From Balanoglossus misakiensis (taxonomy: Eukaryota > Animalia > Hemichordata), in NCBI GenBank assembly GCA_040954595.2, contig CM082586.2:2051124-2115123 (forward strand): DNA of 64,000 bases, given 5' to 3'. Within the stretch, counting starts at the first letter, position 1. Each line of letters starts with the position of its first letter. The position numbers and the translations under genes are program-made. A model generated the notes under the pieces. That model was not told the origin of the DNA, did not search any database, and saw only the letters and a list, made by a program, of their open reading frames with translations. This document shows, piece after piece, positions 29,808 to 41,300 of this stretch.

Positions 29808-31321
29808 CTACTTCTTGCCTTGAGTACAGAAGGTCCAGAGATCACTGCGTTCTTTTTCAGAGAGGTCCTCCGCCTGTTCTGCAGAACCGGTTTTTGAATC
29901 GAGCACTGCAGGGCAGACATGCCAAGGCACACCGGGTACTTTATGGAAAGAAAAACAGTTTAAGTTTAGGTTGCAACATGTTTGTGTCTTGCAAGGTGCT
30001 ACTTACACTTTGCCATCCTTAGTGAAGAAGAAGACACACTCACCCTCTAATTGACCGAGTCTGTCCTTCACATCTGTGCAACATCTGGAACAGTCACTCT
30101 TGCAAAAGACAACCAGACATCTATTCCGGTTTTTTTTCGTCGACTTACATGTTCCCTCAACCTTTGCCTTCAAGGCGCGAAGCGTCTTTTCCAGTGTTTC
30201 CAGACCACCTGTACTGTGAGATTCACAAACCCCAATGGCGCAGGCATTATCGGCGTTCCTGGAGTGAAATTTAAGCTTGTATTTTATTTTTGTTTCACGC
30301 GATATTTCAGCGGGAAACAAATTTCTGTATTTAACTTTTAGTTTGTCTTTTTTGGTGCGAACATCGGCATTGCTTCGAATGAGGAACGGGTGTTTTTCGA
30401 AGTATGACTCGACGGATTTGCCATCCTTGTCGCCGAAGACGTAAACCTTCGATTCTGCGGCGTTGAGTTTTGATACAACGGAAAAGTACGTTTTGAGGGC
30501 TTCTTTCTGCTTATCGTTGAATCTGTTATTTATCGTGTAGATCCTGTCTCTCAATGCGAGTTCGTAGGCCAATTCGTCATTGTGCCGCCATATTTGTTTC
30601 CACTGTTCGCTGACCAGATCGTCGGTGTTCTCCGACCATTCATCACCGTATATAATCAACAGAATTGAACCTGAAAAAAGGAGAAGTATGAATGACGTCA
30701 TTCATTCGACCTTAAGACAGTTGCCAGGCAGCAACGCGCGGGTAATCTTGTATTGAACCATAAACTCTCTGTCCAGTTTCACTTTCGCTTTATCGTGCGC
30801 ATGCGTGTCTCAACTGACAGAATTAGACGTTTGATAAGCGTAATTTTAAGACATAGCAAATATTAAGCCATAAAGTGTAACATCACAACGCCAAATAAAC
30901 GACCAAGCTTACATTTCCGGGTCGTGCAAATGGGCAAGGTAAAGAAGCTGAACTAAAAAATGTCTACAACCTTTGGCCTGACCCCAATAACGTAGCAACT
31001 ACAATTCTCACCATTCGGCGTAGTTTTACGGTACAGATATTTAAATTCATCCCAATGATCGACGTTTCTGTCACCTCGTCTGGGAGTTATTAAGCACCGT
31101 GTTTGCCGCTTGTCTATGACAACGGCCGCAGTGACCGAACTGTACTCGTCGCTAGCCTTCTGCACCTGTCTGAATTCCTTATAGTCTTTCACTTCGACAC
31201 CTTCAAGACATTCGCCTGGTTGGTTAAGATCACGAAGCCGTGTCTGAACCTCATCCCGGGCGGATGAGAAGGATTCCAGTTTTGTGAACACGAACAGGAG
31301 TTTCTTTTCTCCCTCTGCCAT
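29808..31321 (-). CDS. Uncharacterised protein with repeated alpha/beta (possibly TIR/flavodoxin-like) units
   Basis: Exon 31321-31012 splices in phase to the long open exon 30670-~30007; frame of the last exon is uncertain. Confidence 0.65.
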
Positions 31322-32349
31322 TTTGCCTGCCGTTTCTGCGCCAATTCGGAGAATTTGACCAAAAGGCAGCGTTGGGGCATGCGCACTAACAGGTCGGACT
31401 TTGACACAGCATAGATTTTATTGATCCGTGTCACCAAAAAGCAGCAGCAACAACAAATACGATGTTGATGATTGGAACTCCGACCCTACAGTGCCGAATC
31501 ACGTGGTTCACTGTACCGAGGACGCCAGTGCACAAAACACTCAGACAAGTCCCCACCCCTTTAAAAAGGTCAAACGCAAACCCAGTCTTTACTTCTGAAT
31601 TACGCCCTCTAGGACTTTAAGGAAGAAAAACAGTGCTTGCTAGTGTTTGGAATACATGCATATCCTATGTTGAGTTCGAGCGTTCATATGCATGTAGTGA
31701 ATTGCGAGAATTATTGGAAACCCTTGCCTTAATGCTTTGTACCCTCAGATAGCATGGAAAAACCGAAGAAGATATAGATGGAAGCATCAACAAGGTTACA
31801 AACTGAGCCTGACTTCTCCGCAATAATTCACAATTATTCATAATCATAATTTAGAATTTACATTGTTGAAACTCATCAACGATGACAGAAAAGATGGTGC
31901 AGTCTTGATGTCTACTGGTAACCTGACGCGGGTTCAAATGATATCACCGACTGTATTCCTAAGCAGAGACTAACCTTTCATGTTCTAGTTTGTTTTGCAA
32001 CAAAAGCTGACATTCGTGGTGAAAGGCAAAACTAGTTAAGCCATTTAGTGCGGCCAGAATGTATTAATCGAGACACGGGCCTTTGTGCAGTGCGAACGCC
32101 TACCATACAAAGCGACTCGTGTCTTGAAGGTTGCTATGGGGTTAGAATACAAGTTTCACAACAAATGTACGCTAAGTAAATATTTCTATTATTCAGTTAA
32201 ACCGGTGTGTTCTCAGGGCGTGTTGTTCCATATAGTGAAGCCAATAATACCGCCACCGTCCAAAAATCACAAGCGATAAAAATATCATAGAATCTTGATT
32301 CTCCGGGCGTGTGATGTTTGGCAGCGTTCTCTTCCCGTAAAAAAAAACT

Positions 32350-35300
32350 ATGGCTACCCAGACGAATATTACGATCGCTGAAAAGTTCGCAAAACCACTT
32401 GCTGGCCTCCGTAATCTCTACGAGTTGCTAGAAGAACATATCCCGAGGCACTCGGTCAGTCTAAAGGCACCCTTAGTACCGCTTATCAATCTCTTCGGAG
32501 AGGAATCTTTCATATCAAGTCTAGCGCACGTGGACGAGCTGACATCACCCAAGAGAGAAGGTAAGAATTCACTCTCCAATGTTTATGATTGCTCTTGTGT
32601 GTTGCAGCGATACAGAAGTTTGTTCAATTAAGCGTGGCTTAGGTGATAACAACCCTGTGCATGCCCGGCGGAAGAATACGTCACCGGTATGTGGAAAATC
32701 ATAAGAACCCCTCACCAAAGAAATCGTTTGCCACGCGCTTGTTTTCATTCACCACGGCCCCTTTCTTATATGGGATGGATAGATCTAAAAGCTGCAATAG
32801 ATTTTCAAGGAATAACAGTCACGTGATATGCCCCAAATTTTCATTGACAGAAATCATAGCATTGCTGCAGCAGATTTCCAACCACATCAAGGCAATATCC
32901 CGACTTCTCTATTCCATTGGCACCAACAACACAAAACAGGTGGCGTTTGCGCTGACTGACGTCACAGAGCAACTTGAGAAGAAAATCAGATCCTTCGAAG
33001 AAGTGCGAAAGGTCAGGCTTACTTCTGGATAGAGCAGACATCTTTATGGTCATATGCATGATTATATGATTCAACGAAAATGCCACGAAGTCGTCTGAAA
33101 TTTTCAAACTAGCCCAAATCAACAACTCTTGCTAGTACATGTACCTTTAATAGGTTTTACTTCGTGCTAGGGGGTTAACTCACATTATAATATTTGCATT
33201 GTGGGTAAAAGGTCGACAGTTCACGGCAGTATGTTAATACATGTACCTGTATTTTGTGATGTCTCTAGTCTAAGAGTTTTGTGTTCATAGATTAAAGATG
33301 GCCTAAGCCTAATTTAGTTTCTGAACTACCATCATTTATTAAACATGGCTGAAACCATCTTGACATTCTGACGGTCTGAGATATCTACCACTTGTCCAAA
33401 AACCGATTGAAAGTAGTGAGAATTTTACGACTTTGCTTTCATTCCAGAGATTAATCAGTTCGGTGCACATGAATTCAGTGTCAACTGCTGCAGCAAGCAA
33501 CATACGGGATGACAATGGTAAGATGCTGCTTTTGGTGTATTTGCTTATCTCGACTTTTGATTGCATTTTTCAGATTTTTTTTGCGCTACTCTCTGGTGAG
33601 TGCTAACGGGAAAGTCTGACTAACTTCTTTGTCTGTTCTTTTCAGGACGAATTCTCTGGGAAATGTGCTTCGGAAACAGAACACAGGTAATAATAATCTA
33701 GTTACGCTTTGAAATGATCAATCAAATACAAGCTGACCATAATAGCACAATGAACAATTCTGTCATTTAAATTCACAAGTAAGATGGTTGAGATTACTTA
33801 CTCTGTTCAGCCGTGGCTTCGATTGACAACTGCCAAAGGTACAACAGAAACAGCGTCTTCGGTCTCCGACAGATTGGCAAGTGCTGTTGGTCAAAGACAT
33901 GGCTGGCAACACGGATGCTGTCTTCTTCTTTGGAGCTTGATATGGTGAACCAAAGTCTTGTTTGTTGTGGCGCAACAGTTTTGGAAATGTTGTCCTTTTT
34001 TGACTCATGGCTGGCAGAATTGACAGCTCCAACGAGAGACTAGTAGAAATGGTGATTTTTGAGAGCACGTGTATGACGTAGAATTGTGTCACTGACACGA
34101 GTAGTTCATGACCCCGACTACCATCTCGACCTCGACAATGATTGGTGCACTCTGCGACAATCAACAGATGCAACATTAGCAATATGCAGATTCAAATGAT
34201 CAGTCAAACTCACCTGGTCAGTCACCGGACCCTACAAACAACGTGTTCATAGCCACAGACATGCAAATAATATCAACTGGCCAACACATCTGCCAGATTC
34301 GACCACACAGATACTTTTCTTCTCGAGTGTCCGGGTCGAGTGTATAATGATTCACGACACACCGTACACGTCGCCTTGTTTATCAGCACACCCATTGACC
34401 TCTGGACGGAAACACGAATCCTTACAAAGGGGAAGCCCCTTTCACCACAGTGGGAATATTCCAAGAATTCTATCTACAATTTACAGGAATTTGAAGTTGT
34501 CGTTTTACATCTTCATGGTAAATTTTGTAAAAGACTTGTAAACAAACTACAGGTACATGCTGATACAAAATGGGGCACCCGATCTCCCTGACCACCCCAT
34601 AGTCGCGCTGTAGTCCCAGACATACTTGCCTTAAATTTTTTCAGACCAAATAAATAACAGATGTCACATTTCCTCTAAAACGACATACTTTTATTTCTCA
34701 TACAGAGTCTGCATTACAGATGAAAACTGTATATACTATAATATTATAAGAAGGTCATGAAAATACCATGATACATGTATATGCACTCGCATATTACTGA
34801 AGTCCATCACTCAGGCGACATTTTTGTGCAATGCACTGCACTACTTATAAAGAATACATCTCCATATTTTAGTACTACACTCATTTGATCAGTTGCTGAA
34901 GTCACAGTTTTTTTAAACATCATATTAAACCACCCCTCAGCTATCATGAATCAAAGATAAGGTGTTTCGATATGCACTTGGCATATCACATCATCTCTAA
35001 ACACAAAATGACAAAAATAAGACCTTGCAAAACTACAATATCATTTATGAATTATAATCAAAATCATAAAGTATGGGTTTTAAATATTAATAGTGTTTGG
35101 CAAATTTTCATTTGAAATGAAATGAATATATGTGTAGATTATCGATAATTGAAGCAAAAGTATACAAATAAAAGTTTCATTAACAGTAAATATTTAGCTA
35201 ATGCTACAAAGCTGAAATGTATTCCATCTATATATACAAACACAAAAATGTACCACTTGTCCATTTCAAGCAGATTGCTGAATTTCTTGTTGGATATGAT

Positions 35301-38300
35301 GAGAGCATTTAAAATGAAAATAAGCAAGTACAAATAAAACATTGTTTCCAATAGAAGTTCACAGACAAAATGATGAACACTGGATCAAAATAGACAAAAA
35401 ATAATGTCACATTATTAAATACAAAGTCATAACCACACTATTTGCTGTTAAAAATACTCTTCAATATAAAAATTTCTCATTCTTTGTTTATGTTTTATGA
35501 TTCATCTACAAATAAAGGACTATTGTACTTCTTTAAGGCTTAGTACTTCTGTTGTGGCAGAATTTTTCGATTCAGCTGTCCACAGATGGCTGAACTCTTA
35601 TTACTGTCCGATTTTCAGTTTTCTTTTCACCTGTAAATGATTAGTAGAATTGTGTTTAATGGAAACTGTGTTGAAAGGAAAAATATTCATTGTGAATTAG
35701 AAATGTCAAGCAGAGATAACACAAAATACATGTGCAAGACATGTTACTTCTTCTTACCTGGCTGTGCCCCTGTTTTGTATACATAATAGCTTTCTCTCCT
35801 TCGGAATTCTGAATTCCGGGGTCAGCTCCATGCCGGAATAAGACTGCAACCAATTCGAGAATGGCCTTCTCACTCCGATTGCTTCCAACCACCAGGTGAA
35901 GGGCAGTGTTACCATTGAACATAGGGGTGTTGACCAACTCACTGGGGACTGCCACTTTTGAAAGCAGCAGTTCCATTATTTCAATATTTCCTCTCTCCGC
36001 GGCGTAGTGCAGTGCTGTCTTGCCCGCCTTCCCATCCTGTATATAAAGAAAATCAATGCACATTTTTAGTCCAAACAGGAAAAAACAATCATGTACAACT
36101 TATGAAATGTCAATTTGCAATATCAAAGAAAATGTTAGGTGTCGGAGACAGAAACAGAGTTCTAAGGCTACTTAGTTTGTGGAGAGAACTTGGCAATACA
36201 ATTACCTGGTAGGCTGGTGAGGCACTCATGCGACAAAGCAGTTCGATGGTTTCACGATTGTCAACGGTAATATCCGACAACTGTTCACCAATGAAGACCC
36301 TCTTCATTGTACCATGGGTGTTCACAGCTACATGCAGTGGAGTTAATCCTGAAAAAACAACATGACAATGACTCTGTAGGACTCATGTTTGGTGTCCAGT
36401 TTACAGAGCTTTCACTGTATAATGAACATATGCCTTTCCGTTGTGCCTATATGTAGAACCAATCCTACACAAGCATGTATGAATTGTAGCCTTTATTCTT
36501 ACCCTCGGAATCCTTGAAATCCATATCGAGTGAAATTCTCTCCAAGGGTGGTTGCACTGTTGCGTTGTATTGTGTAATGGCATTTCCGATGGTGTAAATG
36601 GCTTGCGAAAAACCACGTTCTGCAGCGCAGTGCAGAATGGAGCTGCCTGCATGGTTGCACTTGGATACGTTGGCACCCTTCATGATGAGGTTGTCAATGA
36701 TGGGGAGTGAGTGAGTCAGAACGGCGATGTGTAATGGTGTCTGTGGCCAGAGAATGAGAACAAACCAACTGCAGTTACTGTTTTGTACTGTCATTCACCA
36801 TAGCAACAGCACACAAATATTTACTCATTTTTGAAACACCAGACGTCACTTCCTGGTCATTTCAGTAGAGGTCTTTCACAGACTTGACTTTATTTGGTTG
36901 ATTGTCTGCGATGTATCTTTTTGTGACTGTTCTCGTCTTTGCAAATTTAAAACCCTGGCTTGCAATAACATTGATTGGCAGCCTTAAAGAAATTACCTGT
37001 CCGTGGTTATCTTGAGCATCCAAGTCAGCTTTGCTGTCATTTGATAGTCTGTATATAAGTGCCATACATAAGGATTTTTCACCTTGCGCGATGGCAATAT
37101 GTAGACTCCTGCAAGAAAACAACACCAAAAATTGTTTCATTGTAGCATTCATATGCAACTAGTATTCTGATGATGGATATTTTTTTCAAAGTAAACATGC
37201 TTTTACTTAAATTATTGAATGACATGGGAACCCCACAATTCAAATAACAGCTAATGTCTGTTTAAAATATCCTAAATTTTTTGACTACTTACGTGTCTCC
37301 ATCTTCATCTTTAGAACACACTTGACTGAGTGGTGCAGCCTGTACTCTTTGCCAAACCTCACCACCGTTATTGAACTGAACAGGATATGCTTGCATTTCA
37401 ACACTTGGTGACCGCATGTACTGTGTGCTTGTTCTTTGTGGCCAATCATTGACATTGTGTGGGGTGACTGACATGTGCTGTAGTGGTGGTGGTGGCTGAT
37501 TTGGCTCGGTCACAAGCCTGTAGCGTTGGCCATGGATGACAATTTCACTTTGAGTTGTCAGGTAGGGCTGATAGTTCGGTTGTGTGGCTGGATACTGCAT
37601 TGGCTGCTGCTGCTGTTGCAGTCGTTGCTGGTGTTGCTGTACAGGAATGGTGTGCAGCACCGTCTGGTTTGGGAACTGAGCCGGCTGCTGCATTTGCTGC
37701 GGCGGTGGGGAGGCGATGAAGGCGTCCGCGTCGGGGGTCAGATCGGGCGAGGACGTGCCGTAGCCTCGGTCCGAATGCTGCGTGGTGTGCGATGCCGGAG
37801 TACTCGGGGCTGGCGACGGCAAGTGCATGTCACTGCCGCACGGAGAACCTTGTGAGGATTCGCCGCTTGCAGAGTACGGAGAAGGGCAAATGGAGCCACT
37901 GGATTGACTGTAGGGGCTTGCCTGTACATCGTCGAACGGACTGCCTGGTTGCTGGGTTGGCGGTGTTGTAACGCTCGAGCTGGTCGGGGGAGCGTTCTGT
38001 GACTGCCGGTCAAAGATAATCGGGATGACAGTAGACGGCTGTGGGTACTCTGTCACTGTCCCTACAGAGTTGCCAACAGTGGTTGTCTTACTCGGTTGCT
38101 TCGGCTGTTGTTGTCGCTCAGCCGGCGGCAGAAATCCGGCACTCTGCATGAAAGTGTTCACAGGAGGCACATGGACACCGCTTGCACTCGACGTGTAACA
38201 GCTCATCGCTGGCGTAGTGGAGTAACCAGTGCTCGACGCCACACAGGTGATTGGTGCTCCACTGAAGTAAGTAACTGGTGGCTGGTTGCAGCCCAACTGT

Positions 38301-41300
38301 TCGTTGATGAAAAGGGAAGATGAGCTTGATGTTGGCATTTCATTCAGATCCTCAGTCGGCATGAAAGAGCTCATCAGTGTTAAAATGTTACTTTCCTGTG
38401 GCATAGGGGATGGAGCAGGTGATGGAGTATATATTGGTACATGTAGTTGCTGTGCAACATCTTCGCCAGAGATTTCCGGTAAATCTGCCGGATAGAGCGC
38501 CGCATTTGTTCGATTTACATTTCCTTGCGGTTGAAAGCTAACAGAACCTTCAGCTTGCTGCGTCATGTTGTTGAATCCTGCTTGGAGAGGCTGGTTATTT
38601 GTTGCTCCTGCTGGCAAAGTTCTCCTCGACAAGGATGCAGAGTGCATGTCATAGGGTTGAAATCGCACCATATCAGGGGCGTAACCCTTTTCAGGTCCAT
38701 GGGCAATTAGGCGTTTTCCTCGCTGTGACAGGAACTTATTTATTTTGGTCATCTTCTTCACCAAAGCCTCCTCCACGCAATACTTCTTGTTGGGAGCCGA
38801 TGCTGAGTCTTTGCTAGAATCTAACGCGTCTTTTTTGTTTTCTTTGGGTGGTTCTGTCTTCTGAGCATCCTCCCCCTGGTTGTCATCTTCTTCCTTATCT
38901 TGCGGACTTTCCACTTGGATAGCCAAGGTCGAGATTTCAATTGTCAAAGAACTGACGTCCGGTGATGCTTCTCCATCCTGGGCACGCTCAGTCAGTGTAT
39001 CACTTCTCCTTGTTGTCACGTTCTCTCTGTTCAAGTTGTTGAGGGCCGTGTCCTCGCTCACTGTATCACTGTCTCTTGCTTGTCTCTCAGTCTCAGGCAC
39101 TACGTTGACATCCACACCAGTGTTGCTGTTGTCACTGTCTGTACATACCTCTACGTCTAGTGTGTTTATGCAGTTCTTGACAACTTGGCCCTCATCACCT
39201 GTGTCTAGAATATTCCACTGGTGAGCGCATGTCTCTATGTTACTGCCAGGTGAGACCACTGGATCATCATCGCTGCCAATACTGTCTAGCTGTGGCTCTG
39301 TGACTGGTTCTGTGTTGATGACCTTCACCTCTGAGATTGGGATGTTGGCCACTTCTCTCGATCCTCCTTGCAGTACCATGTCTAGGCTTTCAACTGGCTT
39401 GTTGCAATTGATGATGGCATCACTGCCGTCGATGGTGGTAATTGTGACAGCAGAACACTCCACAAAAGTGACAGCATCTTCATCATTTGCGGGCGAGTTG
39501 ACGGTATCATCTTCATCACTCGGTCGCCTGTAGCCTTTGTCAGGGTCCATGGATGGACCTTTGCACTTGTCCATTGATGTCTGCAGGTTTCCATTTTCTG
39601 TGCCCTGCGAGTTTCTGCTGCTACCCACATATCCTGTGTCATCATTACTGGGACTGGCTTTCCGGATGTAGCCTTCATCCGTCCTGTTGTTCACAGTGCT
39701 GTCTCCGTGCGATTCTACCGATCTTCGGAAGCCATTCATTTTCAGTTGGCACCCTGTGAAACAAAACGTGAAGGAATCTGTGTCAATAATGAATGGATTA
39801 ATCATGTAAACATCAAACCCTTGCCCAAAGTTTAGGGCAATAAACTTTGAAAATGCAGTTGATGACCTTTGAACTGCAGAACTACTGAAATCACCACTAA
39901 CAGTAATACACTGTATAGCCAGTGGAGCCCAAGTTTGAAACTAAAAATCCTGGGGCTTTTCAAGGGTTAGAGCCACTAGCTTTAGAAATTCTGGTTATTT
40001 CTTTCAATTAAAGAGTCGTGATATTCGGTTAGATTCTGACAGCTGTAGTTACAGTGAAGGATGGTGGCGTGGGTGGATTGGTTTTACCCTTTTGCCACCA
40101 TGGTTCGGTCCAAATCCATTGTTTTCTATGATAAAGTTGGACCACTTCAAGGGGAACTGGAGGTAAAGCTTACAACATGGGTGGAGTTTTATTACCATTC
40201 ATGTCCAATTCCAGACAGTTCGAAGTAAAATGATGAAATGAATGAAAAGTATGTGGGTGTTTTTACACCTAGTTTCCGGGTATGGCTCTTACCTAGACCT
40301 ACATTAACCTATTTTGAATGTCTTGGCATGTCTTGTGTACAGTATTAAACTCCTCTAATAAGTATGTGCTGACAATGGCTGTTATGTGTAACTGTGAGTA
40401 TGATATGAGTCGAAATAATGCACAAATGTGTTTACACATGTGCATAAAAAGTGGAACTAAATGCCTAAATAGTGTAATCTAGGTCGGTGCATGAACCAAC
40501 ATTTCCTAGAGCATTTTCCTGGAGTGCGTCCAGACAGCTCCTCTGTGCAAAGAAGTCTGCCCACACAGCAGAGAGAAGTAGCATAATACTCTAGTTCCAC
40601 TTTGCCGAGTACATTGTTCTATGACCTTGACAAAACTGTTGACGCAGACTGTCATTTAAGTATAAGGAAGAATGATTTCAATGCTTGTTTTGCTCACATA
40701 TAATTACAACAGACAGATGCATATAATTCATAAGTACACAACTGAAACATAGACAAAAGAATGAGGTTTTCAGCACGCCTTAAAACAATTAATCATAACC
40801 TCACATGACCTTAGAACTTAAATCTCTCAGCAGTTCCCACTGATACCGGTTTCAACCTGTTACAGACAAGTACCCTGGCACACAGTAACCTAAATTACCT
40901 TGTGCAAGTAAACAACAGTACAAGGCTGAATTTTCAATAACCAAATCATTATACATGTACATGAGAGGAAAGTGAAAAATATTTATTCCATGTGCGTTTG
41001 AAAATTTCCAAAATTATGTGTTGACTGACTAAAAAAGAAATGGGTCTTGATAAAGTATGTCTTATATAATCATGAAGCTGTCACATTGGAATGTGTATTA
41101 TCACTATTTACATATCTTCATCTCCTGGGCTCTATTAAGTGATAAATTAACAATTCTGATTGAAATTTGGAAAGCAACCAGAACCAGACGGTCGCAAAGA
41201 AGACCAAATCATGGGCCTAAGTTTTCGATACCGGCGAAATCGATCTCAACGTTCCACGGGGCATGGAGACAGCTAGTGTAACCGTGCAAGTCTCCTCCAC

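Noticed and set aside
33811-34081. Frame with several in-frame TGA codons (selenoprotein or readthrough?) including a WRNSFGN motif
   Set aside because: No SECIS or Cys-homologous context seen; more likely intron or a decayed or alternative exon
37526-39759. Multiple plus-strand ORFs
   Set aside because: Antisense shadows of the large IkB-like exon
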